A stretch of DNA of 64,000 nt, from NCBI GenBank assembly GCA_964447315.1, contig CAYURQ010000001.1, forward strand, positions 27,351 through 91,350, given 5' to 3'. A model generated the notes under the pieces. The model worked only from the letters and a program-made list of their open reading frames with translations. It made no database searches and was not told the origin of the DNA. Numbering within the stretch: the first letter of the stretch is position 1; every line of letters begins with the position of its first letter. Source of the DNA: Candidatus Woesearchaeota archaeon. GTDB taxonomy: Archaea > Nanobdellota > Nanobdellia > Pacearchaeales > GW2011-AR1. The position numbers and the translations under genes are program-made. Positions 1 through 10,398 of the stretch are shown in pieces.

Positions 1-72
1 ATAAAATATAATGCTTTTATTGATGTAAAAGATGAGGTTGCTCCAAAAAATAGAAAGAGTGTTAAAGAGAGG

Positions 73-372
73 ATGGATTGGAATAAAAAACCACTAAAAT
101 TATATCTTAATATCAATGATTTTAATATACAAACGAAGTCTAAAGGATTTTTTAAATCCAGAGAATTTACTCAATATTTTAGGAAAAGAATTTATCTTAG
201 TTTAAAGGGTAAAGAAGATGTTTGTCTCACATATAAATTTAAACTTAATCCTAGAAAAATGAAATTAAATATTTCTGGGGAATTTCAAGGACCTTTTAAT
301 TCAGAAAATTTACTTTATATGAATGATTTGGAAAAATTTATTTTAACTGGGGAAATCAATAAAAAAGATTGA
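73..372 (+). CDS. hypothetical protein (99 aa)
   Basis: Intact ORF upstream of the rpo operon. No recognisable motif. Confidence 0.3.
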   Translation: MDWNKKPLKLYLNINDFNIQTKSKGFFKSREFTQYFRKRIYLSLKGKEDVCLTYKFKLNPRKMKLNISGEFQGPFNSENLLYMNDLEKFILTGEINKKD

Positions 373-499
373 TTTTCATCATATATATCCTAAAATATAT
401 ATTAGCAGAATATAGAAACATTTAAAAAGCAATTTTTGGTATCTTTTATTATTAAGCAGTTATTAAAGTCATTTGCAAATATGCTATACCCTGTAAATT

Positions 500-715
500 G
501 TGTCTAAAATGAATATTCTTCAGCCTAAACAAACAAAGATGAGCGAAAAAGAAGCTCAAGAACTATTGGATAAGCTTAACATATCTAAATCTCAGTTGCC
601 AAAAATATTTTCTGATGATTCTTCACTTCCTGAGGGATGTGTTGTTGGAGATGTTATAAAAATTGAGAGAAAACAAGAAGATAAAGTAAATGTATATTAT
701 AGGGTGGTTGTTTAA
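500..715 (+). CDS. rpoH: DNA-directed RNA polymerase subunit H (Rpb5-like)
   Basis: 71 aa directly upstream of rpoB. C-terminal GDVIKIERK...VYYRVVV is typical of archaeal RpoH, and the operon position is the conserved one. Confidence 0.8.
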   Translation: MSKMNILQPKQTKMSEKEAQELLDKLNISKSQLPKIFSDDSSLPEGCVVGDVIKIERKQEDKVNVYYRVVV

Positions 716-720
716 AAAAG

Positions 721-3700
721 ATGGCAAGAAATAATCATTTAGTTATGAAGAATTACTTAAAGAATCATTCTTTAGTTGAATCTAATATTACTTCTTTTAA
801 TAATTTTATTGAAAAAAGACTTCAGGAAATTGTAGATGAAATACAAGCCACAATTGATAATGAAGATTTTGAGATTACTTTAGGAAAGATTGAAGTTGGA
901 AATCCAAAAGTTATTGAAGCAGATGGAAGTTATTCTTTTATTACTCCTTCTGAGGCTAGACTTAGAAACTTAACTTATGCTGCTCCTGTTACAATGGAAT
1001 TAACTGTTAAGAAAGATGGGCAAGTAGATTCAGAAGTTGTTGAAATTGGTAAAATGCCTGTTATGGTGAAAAGTAATGTTTGCAATACAAATGGCATGAA
1101 TAGTGATGAACTTGTTGAGAATTATGAAGATCCATTGAATCCTGGAGGGTATTTTATTATTAAAGGAAATGAAAGAGTTATGGTTATGGCTGAAGACTTA
1201 GCAGAAAATCAACCTTTTATTGAAGAAAATAAGAAAGGCGAATTAACTCTTAAAATGTTTTCTTTGAAAGGAACTTACAGAATTCCAGTTACCTTATCAG
1301 AAGATAAAGAAGGAATCTTGAATGTTTCTTTCAGTAGATTTAAGGATTTACCAATTGTTGTTATTCTTAAAGCATTAGGATTGACAAAAGAATCTGATAT
1401 TTCTAAATTAATTGGAAAAGAAACAGATAGTTTAATTGTTAATTTATATGAATTTGTTGATTTAGCAGATAGAGAAGATGCAATGATGTATATTGCTGAA
1501 AAGACAAATTTACAGGGAACAAAGAAAGAAATTTTAGATAGAGTAAAACAAAGAATTGATTCATATTTATTTCCTCATATTGGACAAACTAAAGAAGATA
1601 GAATCAAAAAAGCAACAACCCTTTGTAAATTATTAAAACAATTTTTGATTGCTAAAGATAAACCTGAACTTAGAACAGATAAAGACCATTATGCTAATAA
1701 AAGAGTTAGACTTTCTGGTGATTTACTTGCAACTTTATTTAGAGTTAATTTAGGAATTTTAATTAGAGATATTCAGTATTCCCTTCAAAAATCTTCTAAG
1801 CGTAAGAAATTTTTCTCAATAAAAGTTTTAGCTAAATCAACTTTATTTTCTCATAGAATAGAATCAGCAATTGCAACTGGTTCTTGGACTGGTGAGCGTT
1901 CTGGTATCACTCAAAATATGGATAAAACAAACTATTTAGCGACTATTTCTCAACTTCAGAGAGTTTCAAGTATGCTTCCTGGAGATCAAGAAAATTTTAT
2001 GGCAAGAACATTACATCCAACTCATTATGGAAGATTCTGTCCAATTGAAACTCCAGAAGGTACTGAAATCGGATTACGTAAAAATCTTTCAGTTCTTAGT
2101 AGGGTTTCAACTAGAATTGATATTGATGATGAAAAATTCATGAAAGAATTACATGAGTTGGGAATGGAAAGTGAATCAGATAATCTAGAAGGATACGATG
2201 TTTCACTAAATGGAAAATTTATTGGAACTGTTAAACAAGGAATTAATTTTGTTAAATCTCTTAGGGACAAGAGAAGAGATTCTGGATTGCCAGAGCAAAT
2301 GAATTTTAGACTTGATGAAGGTTTTAGAGTTGTTTCTATTTCAACTGAGCCTGGAAGAGTTTTAAGACCAATGATTATTGTTGATGAAGGAAATCCAAGA
2401 CTAAAGAACGAACATTTAGTTGAAATTGAGCAAGGAGAATTAAACTGGCAAGATTTAGTTAAACAAGGAATTATTGAATATTTAGATGCTTCTGAAGAAG
2501 AAAATTGCTTGATTTCATTATATGAAGAAGAATTAACACCAGAACATACTCATGTAGAAATTGATGTTACTGCTTTATTTGGAGCTGTTACAAGTTTAGT
2601 TCCTTATGGAAATCACGACCAGAGTTCAAGATTGAATAGAGGAAGTAAAACGCAAAAACAGGCACTTGGACTTTACGCTGCTAATTATTTGTGTAGATTA
2701 GATACAGATGTTTCTGTTTTACAATATCCTCAAAAACCAATTGTAAGAAGTTTTGTTTATGACACTTTGAATACCTATCCTGCTGGACAAAATTTAACTG
2801 TTGCAATTATGAGTTATGAAGGATATAATATGGAAGATGCTTTAATATTAAATAAAGGAAGTTTGGATAGGGGAGTGGGAAGAAGTTTTTATTTTAGACC
2901 TTATTCTGCTATTGAAATGAATTATGCTGGTGGATTAAAAGATGAAATTGCATTGCCTGAAAAAGATGCATCAGGTTATAGAACAGAAAAAAGTTATAGA
3001 TTATTAGAAGATGATGGTATTATTTATCCAGAAGCTAATGTTGATGAAGGAGATGTAATTATTGGTAAAATGTCTCCCCCTAAATTCTTGTCAGAAGCTA
3101 GAGAAATTTCAGTAAGAACAAAGAAAGAATCTAGTGTTACAATGAGGCAAGAAGAAAAAGGAATTATTGAATCTGTATTTATTACAGAAGACGATGAAGG
3201 CAATAAAATTGTTCAAGCTAAAACTCGTGATCAAAGAATTCCTGAATTAGGAGATAAATTTGCTACTTCACATGGTCAGAAAGGAGTTATTGGAGAAATT
3301 GTTCCTGAAGATGATGTTCCTTTTACTGCAAATGGGATTAAACCAGATATTATTTTCAATCCACATGGTTTACCAAGTCGTATGACAGTAGGATATTTAC
3401 TTGAATTACTTGCTGGTAAAGTTGGATGTGTTAAAGGAGAAGTTGTTGATGGAACTTCATTCTCTGGAGAAAGTAAATATAATTTAGAACAACAAATGGA
3501 GAAATTAGGATTTAGATTTGATGGTAAAGAAACAATGTATAATGGTATAACTGGAAAGAAAATGAAATCAAAGATTTTTGTTGGGAATTTGTATTATCTT
3601 AAGCTTAAATATATGGTTGGTAATAAGATGCATGGTAGAGCATCTGGTAAAGTTGCACTTTTAACAAGACAACCAATTGAAGGACGTTCTAGGGGTGGAG

Positions 3701-3981
3701 CTTTAAGATTAGGTGAAATGGAACAGCAAGCATTAGTTGCCCATGGTTCTTCATTATTACTTAAGGAAAGATATGATTCAGATAAAGTTGTATTACCAAT
3801 TTGTGCTAAATGCGGAGCAATGGCAGTAGAAGATAAAATACGTAAAAAAATATCTTGTCCAATTTGTGCAAGCGAAACAATAGAACCTGTTGAAGTATCA
3901 TATGCATTCAAGCTTCTTATAGAGGAGTTGCAAGGGTTACATGTAAATACAACTTTTGATTTAAAAAATAAATACGAATAA
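721..3981 (+). CDS. rpoB: DNA-directed RNA polymerase subunit B, single unsplit polypeptide
   Basis: 1086 aa with hallmark Rpb2/RpoB motifs (GDKFATSHGQKG, NPHGLPSRMTVG, C-terminal CxxC...CxxC zinc motif). It is one continuous ORF, not split into B'/B''. Confidence 0.92.
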   Translation: MARNNHLVMKNYLKNHSLVESNITSFNNFIEKRLQEIVDEIQATIDNEDFEITLGKIEVGNPKVIEADGSYSFITPSEARLRNLTYAAPVTMELTVKKDGQVDSEVVEIGKMPVMVKSNVCNTNGMNSDELVENYEDPLNPGGYFIIKGNERVMVMAEDLAENQPFIEENKKGELTLKMFSLKGTYRIPVTLSEDKEGILNVSFSRFKDLPIVVILKALGLTKESDISKLIGKETDSLIVNLYEFVDLADREDAMMYIAEKTNLQGTKKEILDRVKQRIDSYLFPHIGQTKEDRIKKATTLCKLLKQFLIAKDKPELRTDKDHYANKRVRLSGDLLATLFRVNLGILIRDIQYSLQKSSKRKKFFSIKVLAKSTLFSHRIESAIATGSWTGERSGITQNMDKTNYLATISQLQRVSSMLPGDQENFMARTLHPTHYGRFCPIETPEGTEIGLRKNLSVLSRVSTRIDIDDEKFMKELHELGMESESDNLEGYDVSLNGKFIGTVKQGINFVKSLRDKRRDSGLPEQMNFRLDEGFRVVSISTEPGRVLRPMIIVDEGNPRLKNEHLVEIEQGELNWQDLVKQGIIEYLDASEEENCLISLYEEELTPEHTHVEIDVTALFGAVTSLVPYGNHDQSSRLNRGSKTQKQALGLYAANYLCRLDTDVSVLQYPQKPIVRSFVYDTLNTYPAGQNLTVAIMSYEGYNMEDALILNKGSLDRGVGRSFYFRPYSAIEMNYAGGLKDEIALPEKDASGYRTEKSYRLLEDDGIIYPEANVDEGDVIIGKMSPPKFLSEAREISVRTKKESSVTMRQEEKGIIESVFITEDDEGNKIVQAKTRDQRIPELGDKFATSHGQKGVIGEIVPEDDVPFTANGIKPDIIFNPHGLPSRMTVGYLLELLAGKVGCVKGEVVDGTSFSGESKYNLEQQMEKLGFRFDGKETMYNGITGKKMKSKIFVGNLYYLKLKYMVGNKMHGRASGKVALLTRQPIEGRSRGGALRLGEMEQQALVAHGSSLLLKERYDSDKVVLPICAKCGAMAVEDKIRKKISCPICASETIEPVEVSYAFKLLIEELQGLHVNTTFDLKNKYE

Positions 3982-3982
3982 A

Positions 3983-6900
3983 ATGAACAAGCCAATAAGA
4001 AAAAGAATAAAGAGTTTGAATTTTAGCTTACTTAGCCCTGAGCAAGTTAAGAAATTAAGCTCAGCAAAAATAGTTACTCCTGAACTTTATGATATTGATG
4101 GTTATCCAGTTGATGGAGGGTTAATGGATTTAAGGTTAGGCGCTGTAGACCCTGGTGTTAGATGTAGAACTTGTGGTGGAAGAATTAAGGAATGTTTAGG
4201 ACATCCAGGAAGTATTGACATGGCAAGAGCTGTTATTCACTTGAAATATATTCCTTTAATTGAAATGTGCTTAAGATGTTTTTGCCAAGATTGTGGAAAA
4301 TTAATGCTATCTGAGAAAGATATGGAAAAATATAGTGCAAGTCAAAGAGCTAAGAAAGCAAAAGACTCAAAGAAATGTCCTCATTGTCAAGCTTCTCAGG
4401 AAAAAATGAAGTTAGATAAACCAACAAGTTTTTATAAAGGTAAAACAAGAATTTTTCCAACTGAAATTAGAGAGATGCTTGTTAATATTCCTAATGAAGA
4501 ATTAGAAAAAGTTGGAGTTAATTGTAAAACTTCAAGACCTGAGTGGGCTGTCATTACTTCATTATTAGTTCCGCCTGTAACAGTTAGGCCTAGTATTATC
4601 TTGGAAACAGGAGAACGTTCAGAGGATGATTTAACACATAAACTTTCAGATATTATTAGAGCTAATCAAAGACTTTGGGAAAATTTAAATGCTGGTGCTC
4701 CAGAAGTTATTATTGAGGATTTGTGGGATTTACTGCAATTTCATGTAACAACTTTCTTTGATAATACAGTTACTAGAATTCCACCTGCTAGGCACAGAAG
4801 TGGACAACCACTTAAGACTATAACTGAAAGAATTAAAGGTAAAGAAGGAAGAATTAGAAAAAATATTGCTGGTAAGAGAGTAAATTATTCTGGTAGAACA
4901 GTTATTTCTCCTGATCCATTTATTGGAATTAATGAAGTTGGAGTTCCTTATGAAATTGCAAAAGTAGTTACAGTTGCTGAAACAGTTAATGATTTAAACA
5001 TCAAAAAATTAAAAAAATTGATTCAAAAAGGTAGTGAATATCCTGGTTCTAGTTATGTTATTAGACCAGATGGAAAAAGAAAGAAAGTTACTGAAGAACT
5101 TAAAGAAGAGATAATTTCTGAATTGGCTCCGGGGTATAAAGTTGAAAGACATTTACAAGAAGGAGATGTTGTTTTATTTAATAGGCACCCAAGCCTTCAT
5201 AGAGGAAGTTTAATGGCTCATTTTGTTAGAGTTTTACCTGGTAGAACTTTCCGTATGCATCCTTCTGCTGCTGCACCATATAATGCTGATTACGATGGAG
5301 ATGAAATGAATATTCATAGCCCTCAAAATGAAGAAGCACGTGCAGAAGCTAAAATTTTACTTGATGTTAAAAAAAATTTAATGTCCCCAAAAAATAATAC
5401 TAACTTGGTTGGAAGTATTAAAGATTCTAACACTGGAAATTATTTATTAGGACTAGATGAATTTACTTCAGATGAAGCAAATCAATTATTTTATTATTCT
5501 GGAATTGATGCTTATGCATCAAAGAAACATATAACAGGATTTGAACTATTTTCAGAAATTTTTCCAAAAAGTGTTAATTTCAAGAATGATTCAATCACAA
5601 TAAAAGATGGGGTTGTTGAAAAAGGTGTTATTGATAAAACTACTTTTGGAGATGAAGATGGTGATTTAGTTAAGGTTTTAGATAATACTCTTGGTAGAGA
5701 TGAAACTTTCAAAATTTTAAAGAATGCTTTTGATTTAGGAAAGAATCATATTACTAATAGAGGAATTACAATTTCAGTTAATGATTTGGATTTAAGAAAA
5801 GATGTTATTGAAATGGGTGAAGAGATAATTAAGAAATCAGAAAAGAAAACTCAAGATTTAATTAATTCTTATAATGATGGAACTTTAGAAATTATTCCTG
5901 GTAAAACATTAGAGGAGTCTAGAGAGCTGAAAATTGTTCAGACATTGAATGAAGTAAGAACGAAGATTGGTGAAATTGTTAGGAGAGAATATCCTAAAAC
6001 TAATCCTGTAAATCATATGATTAGATCAGGTGGTGGAGGTAATATACTTAATGTAACTCAGATGGCTTCATGTGTTGGACAGCAAGCATTCATGGGGGGA
6101 AGAATCAATATTGGGTATAATGGAAGAACTTTATCATTATTCAAACCAGGAGATTTAAGTCCTGAAGCTCATGGATTTATTAAAAGTTCTTTTATTAAAG
6201 GATTAAGACCAGATGAATTCTTTTTCCAGGCTGTTACTGGAAGAGACTCACTTATGGATACTGGTTTAAGAACTCCAAAATCAGGCTATTTATATAGGAG
6301 ATTAGCAAATGCTCTTCAAGATTTAAGAGTGGAATATGACGGAACAATTAGAGACAGCAATAATAATATTATTGAATTCTTATTTGGAGATGATGGAATA
6401 GATGTTTCAAAAATGCATACTAAAGGAAAACTTGACAGTGGAGAAGCAATTGGAATTGTTACTGCTCAGAGTTTTGGTGAAAGTTCGACACAGATGGTTC
6501 TTAATACATTCCATATGGCTGGTGTAGCTGAAATGCAGGTTACTTCTGGTTTACCAAGATTAATTGAAATTTTTGATGCTAGAAAAACACCTTCTTCACC
6601 AAAAATGGAAATTTTCTTAAATAAAGAATATAATGATGAGAAAAATGCAAGAATATTTGCTGAAAAAATAAAAGAAATTACCCTTAAAGAAATTGCTTCT
6701 GAGATTAATTTAGATTTTGGAAATAAAAAAATTGAGATTGTTATTGATAAACAAGGATTAAGACAAACACATTCAAGTGTTAAAACAATTGTTGATAGAT
6801 TAAAGGATTTACACTTTAAAGCTAAGGATAAAGGGGATTTAATACAATTAGATGCAGGGGATATGAATTTCAGAGAAATTTATAAACTTAAAGAAAAACT

Positions 6901-7474
6901 TAAAGGCACTTTAATTTCAGGAATTAAAGGAGTAAAGCAAATATTAGTTGTAAAAAGAGATAGAGATTATGTTATTGTGACTCTTGGAACAAATTTAAAA
7001 GAAATTATTCAAATGAAAGAAGTTAATCCTAATAAGTTGATTTCAAATGATTTTTATGAAGTGGCAGATATTTTTGGTATTGAAGCTGCTCATTCTTTGA
7101 TTATCAAAGAAATTTTAGAAGTTCTTAAATCCCAGGGTATTGATATTGATATGAGACACTTAAAGCTTGTTGCAGATGCAATGACAAATACTGGAGAAGT
7201 TAAAGGAGTTACTAGAATGGGAATTATTGCACAAAAATCTTCAATCCTTGCAAGAGCAACATTTGAAACACCTGTTAAACAATTTGTTAATGCATCAATT
7301 AAAGGAAATAAAGATGAATTATCAAGTGTTATTGAAAATATAATTCTTAATCAACCAGTTCCAGTTGGAACAGGATTACCAGGACTTTTAGTTAAGGTAA
7401 CAGGGCCTTTAGTTAAAGATGAAAAAAACAAGAAAAAAGCTGATTCCAAGATTGTAGATATTGTTAATAATTAA
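3983..7474 (+). CDS. rpoA: DNA-directed RNA polymerase subunit A, fused A'+A''
   Basis: 1163 aa. N-terminal zinc motifs (CRTCGG, CxxC), the catalytic NADYDGDEMN loop, a bridge-helix region and an A''-type trigger-loop region (GEAIGIVTAQSFGESSTQMVLNTFHMAGV) are all present in one continuous frame. Confidence 0.88.
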   Translation: MNKPIRKRIKSLNFSLLSPEQVKKLSSAKIVTPELYDIDGYPVDGGLMDLRLGAVDPGVRCRTCGGRIKECLGHPGSIDMARAVIHLKYIPLIEMCLRCFCQDCGKLMLSEKDMEKYSASQRAKKAKDSKKCPHCQASQEKMKLDKPTSFYKGKTRIFPTEIREMLVNIPNEELEKVGVNCKTSRPEWAVITSLLVPPVTVRPSIILETGERSEDDLTHKLSDIIRANQRLWENLNAGAPEVIIEDLWDLLQFHVTTFFDNTVTRIPPARHRSGQPLKTITERIKGKEGRIRKNIAGKRVNYSGRTVISPDPFIGINEVGVPYEIAKVVTVAETVNDLNIKKLKKLIQKGSEYPGSSYVIRPDGKRKKVTEELKEEIISELAPGYKVERHLQEGDVVLFNRHPSLHRGSLMAHFVRVLPGRTFRMHPSAAAPYNADYDGDEMNIHSPQNEEARAEAKILLDVKKNLMSPKNNTNLVGSIKDSNTGNYLLGLDEFTSDEANQLFYYSGIDAYASKKHITGFELFSEIFPKSVNFKNDSITIKDGVVEKGVIDKTTFGDEDGDLVKVLDNTLGRDETFKILKNAFDLGKNHITNRGITISVNDLDLRKDVIEMGEEIIKKSEKKTQDLINSYNDGTLEIIPGKTLEESRELKIVQTLNEVRTKIGEIVRREYPKTNPVNHMIRSGGGGNILNVTQMASCVGQQAFMGGRINIGYNGRTLSLFKPGDLSPEAHGFIKSSFIKGLRPDEFFFQAVTGRDSLMDTGLRTPKSGYLYRRLANALQDLRVEYDGTIRDSNNNIIEFLFGDDGIDVSKMHTKGKLDSGEAIGIVTAQSFGESSTQMVLNTFHMAGVAEMQVTSGLPRLIEIFDARKTPSSPKMEIFLNKEYNDEKNARIFAEKIKEITLKEIASEINLDFGNKKIEIVIDKQGLRQTHSSVKTIVDRLKDLHFKAKDKGDLIQLDAGDMNFREIYKLKEKLKGTLISGIKGVKQILVVKRDRDYVIVTLGTNLKEIIQMKEVNPNKLISNDFYEVADIFGIEAAHSLIIKEILEVLKSQGIDIDMRHLKLVADAMTNTGEVKGVTRMGIIAQKSSILARATFETPVKQFVNASIKGNKDELSSVIENIILNQPVPVGTGLPGLLVKVTGPLVKDEKNKKKADSKIVDIVNN

Positions 7475-7588
7475 TTAAATTCTTTAAATAAAATTTTCAA
7501 TAAAAGTAGTAAATCCAAGCAAGAGAAATTTACCGTCGATAAAACTTAAAATTAAATAATGTAAAGGTTTAAAAACTAAATCCTTCTA

Positions 7589-8020
7589 ATGCTTTTATCT
7601 AAAATGGTTAATACAATTGACATGCAAGATTTGAGATACTTGAATTTATTTTCTAAAGTTACTAGAATTAGTACTAAATATTGTTTTATGTATAATAATG
7701 TTGTAGTTTTTGCTGTTCCTAAAGCACTTATTTCAAAAGCACTTGGAAAAGATGTTATTAACTTGAAAAAAATTAGTAATGTTCTTAAAAAAAGAGTTAA
7801 GGTTGTTGCAATTCCAGAAGGAATTAAAGACGCAAGAAAATTAATTGAAGCAATTGTTAGTCCAGTTACTTTTAAGGATTTGGAAATAACTGAAAATGAA
7901 ATAATTCTTAATGCAGGGCCTCAAAACAAAGCTGCTTTAATTGGTAGAAATAAAAGACGTTTAATGGAAATGCAAGAAATTGTAAAAGATTTTTTTCATA
8001 AAGAATTTAGGATTGTTTGA
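7589..8020 (+). CDS. nusA: NusA-like transcription elongation protein (two KH domains)
   Basis: 143 aa with KH-like segments (VVVFAVPKALISKALGKDVINLKKI, IILNAGPQNKAALIGRNKRRL) in the conserved position after rpoA. The true start may be an internal Met. Confidence 0.65.
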   Translation: MLLSKMVNTIDMQDLRYLNLFSKVTRISTKYCFMYNNVVVFAVPKALISKALGKDVINLKKISNVLKKRVKVVAIPEGIKDARKLIEAIVSPVTFKDLEITENEIILNAGPQNKAALIGRNKRRLMEMQEIVKDFFHKEFRIV

Positions 8021-8064
8021 ATTTTTTAATATATATTTTTTAAATTAATTATATTTATAAAAGA

Positions 8065-8655
8065 TTGATTGGTTTATTTTTTATGGATAAAGAAGATTTA
8101 CATATATATGAATTATTTGATGGGGAGCATTTATATTATAGCAGTCATACTTTAGAAATGTTGCATTCTAATGAGGATTATTTAAAATCTTATTATTCCA
8201 AAAATATTAAAAATGTTAATTTCAATGACATAAAAAAGATTCAAAATCATTTAGATGAATATACTCTTAATCCTTATTTAATGTTGACTGGCTTTGAAAG
8301 TTTCACTCAAGAAAATGAAATTTTTGAGAAACTACTTGACATTATTCCTTTATTCTGGCAAGAGGATTATCATATAAAGGATAAAAAAATATGGCGTTCT
8401 TCTGGGGAGACTCCCCTTGATAATTATATAAAAAGATTGGAAAATCCAGGAAGAGATATGAAATTTCTTGAGAGAATGTTAAATATGGTTACTTCAAATA
8501 ATAACCTAGGAAGATTTAGAGATGCAAAAAAAGCAGAAAAATTATTTATGCAATATTCTGATGAGGAATCAATTCCATTACTTATGGAAAAATTAAAACT
8601 TCATTCTAGTTTGTATAATAAATTTGGAAATTCCAGAGAAAGCATAGAAGATTAA
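8065..8655 (+). CDS. hypothetical protein (196 aa) inserted in the rpo/ribosomal operon
   Basis: Intact ORF between nusA and rps12. No known motif. It occupies the position where L30e is usually found but is not L30e-like. Confidence 0.35.
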   Translation: MIGLFFMDKEDLHIYELFDGEHLYYSSHTLEMLHSNEDYLKSYYSKNIKNVNFNDIKKIQNHLDEYTLNPYLMLTGFESFTQENEIFEKLLDIIPLFWQEDYHIKDKKIWRSSGETPLDNYIKRLENPGRDMKFLERMLNMVTSNNNLGRFRDAKKAEKLFMQYSDEESIPLLMEKLKLHSSLYNKFGNSRESIED

Positions 8656-8762
8656 TAATCTTTAAAAGACGTAGGATTTTCTATTGACAGCAAGCTTTAA
8701 AAACTAATTTTATTAAGGATAGTTGTTATAATCGTTGTATTATATTATATATTTCAAATAAA

Positions 8763-9185
8763 ATGGGATTAAAAAGCGCATCAAAAAAGCAAAAGGACAG
8801 GAAAAAGTTTAGGTGGAACTCTCGGGATTATAAAGTTAGAGTTCTTGATTTATATGCTAAGTCAGACCCTTTAGCAGGAGCTAATCAAGCAAAAGGGATT
8901 GTTTTATCTAAAGTTCAAAGAGAAGCAAAGCAGCCAAACTCAGCTATGAGGAAATGTTGCAAGGTTCAGTTAACAAAAAATGGAAGACAAGTAACTGCTT
9001 TTATTCCGGGTAATTTAGCTCAAAAATTTATTGATGAGCACGATGAAGTTATGATTGAAAGAATTGGTGGCAAGCAAGGAAGAAGTAAGGGAGATATTCC
9101 TGGTGTTAGATTTCAAGTGATTAAAGTGAATGATCAACCATTAGCTAGATTAGTTAAGGGTAAGATTGAGAAGGGTAGAAGATAA
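8763..9185 (+). CDS. rps12: 30S ribosomal protein S12 (uS12)
   Basis: 140 aa. The [16 protein letters not shown] and [15 protein letters not shown] motifs are diagnostic of uS12. Confidence 0.93.
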   Translation: MGLKSASKKQKDRKKFRWNSRDYKVRVLDLYAKSDPLAGANQAKGIVLSKVQREAKQPNSAMRKCCKVQLTKNGRQVTAFIPGNLAQKFIDEHDEVMIERIGGKQGRSKGDIPGVRFQVIKVNDQPLARLVKGKIEKGRR

Positions 9186-9188
9186 AAA

Positions 9189-9455
9189 ATGGAAATTAAC
9201 AAAAAAAACAACAAAATAATAATTAACTTAACTAAAAAAGATTATGATGAAAAAGTTTCGGGTTTTTTAGAAAAAAAATATTCTGAAAATATAGTTACTC
9301 AAAGAGGAAAGTATGCATTTATAGCATCTAATGAAAATAGTCAAGTAAATGTTGTTCCCTATCCTTTTGAAACTCCTAATAATCCAGAAACAGTTATGTT
9401 AGTTATTCCAGAAGGAAAAGGAAAATTAAAAAAAGAATTAGAGAGGTTATTATAA
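9189..9455 (+). CDS. hypothetical small protein (88 aa)
   Basis: ORF tightly packed between rps12 and rps7 with a Lys-rich N-terminus. No motif recognised. Confidence 0.3.
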   Translation: MEINKKNNKIIINLTKKDYDEKVSGFLEKKYSENIVTQRGKYAFIASNENSQVNVVPYPFETPNNPETVMLVIPEGKGKLKKELERLL

Positions 9456-9456
9456 A

Positions 9457-10083
9457 ATGTCAGAACAAATACAAAAACAATCAAATATACTAAATTTTAA
9501 AATTTTTGACAAATATGATTTATCAGAGGTTAAAGTAACTGATCCTGGTTTAAAGTCAGCGATAAATCTTGAACCAAAATTAATTTTAAAATCTCAAGGA
9601 AGAAATGTTGTTAAACATGGACAAGCAAAAGTTAATGTTGTTGAAAGATTAATGAACAAGTTATCTGTTGCAGGACACAGAAACAAAAAACATAGAATTG
9701 AGAAAGGTGATTCTACTGGAAAATATTCTAAAAATATGAAAATTGTTTTAGAAGCACTTGAATTAGTTGAAAAAAGAACTCATAAAAATCCAGTCCAGGT
9801 TTTAGTGAATGCAATTGAAAATGCTGCTCCAAGAGATGAAACAACTGTAATTGAATACGGAGGAGCAAGGTATCCTCAAGCGGTTGATGTTGCCCCTTTA
9901 AGAAGAGTAAATTTATCATTAAAACATCTTGTTCATGGTGCAAGTGATAAAGCTTTCAAAAAGAAAAAGAAACTTTCACAAGCTCTTGGAGAAGAAATAA
10001 TTATGGCTGCTGATAATAACGGAGATGGCATGTCAATTCGTAAGAAAAAAGAATCAGAAGCTCAAGCTGATTCTGCACGATAA
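9457..10083 (+). CDS. rps7: 30S ribosomal protein S7 (uS7)
   Basis: 208 aa. Conserved uS7 core (NAIENAAPRDETTVIEYGGARY) in the conserved position before EF-2. Confidence 0.9.
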   Translation: MSEQIQKQSNILNFKIFDKYDLSEVKVTDPGLKSAINLEPKLILKSQGRNVVKHGQAKVNVVERLMNKLSVAGHRNKKHRIEKGDSTGKYSKNMKIVLEALELVEKRTHKNPVQVLVNAIENAAPRDETTVIEYGGARYPQAVDVAPLRRVNLSLKHLVHGASDKAFKKKKKLSQALGEEIIMAADNNGDGMSIRKKKESEAQADSAR

Positions 10084-10098
10084 AGATATTTCATAATC

Positions 10099-10359
10099 AT
10101 GATTTTAGATAATCTTACTATAGAAGAAATTAATTTTTTAGGAAAAATTAATCAAGAATTTAAAAATAAGAATCTAAATGGAAATGTTTACTTAATTAAT
10201 GAAAAGATTAATGGAAAAATAAAAATACTTAATTTTATTGTTAATATGGTAAGTCATAAAGATATTATTTTAAATCTCAAAAAAGATGTAGAAAAATTTA
10301 TTCCTTGTGTTTATGTTTCTAATATATCAAAATATCATGCTTATTGCAAAATTTATTGA
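10099..10359 (+). CDS. hypothetical small protein (86 aa)
   Basis: ORF between rps7 and EF-2. No motif. Confidence 0.25.
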   Translation: MILDNLTIEEINFLGKINQEFKNKNLNGNVYLINEKINGKIKILNFIVNMVSHKDIILNLKKDVEKFIPCVYVSNISKYHAYCKIY

Positions 10360-10398
10360 TAGATAACTTTTTAAACTAATTTTTGTAAATGTATTGTT

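Noticed and set aside
2025-2270. Antisense ORFs inside rpoB/rpoA (2025..2270, 3594..3995, 5512..5712)
   Set aside because: They are fully embedded in highly conserved polymerase coding sequence on the opposite strand with no independent signals. Treated as frame noise.
9728-9943. Antisense ORFs inside the rps7, EF-2, EF-1alpha and primase genes (9728..9943, 12022..12228, 16194..16424, 18940..19191)
   Set aside because: They are embedded in strongly supported conserved genes, and their composition mirrors the sense strand.
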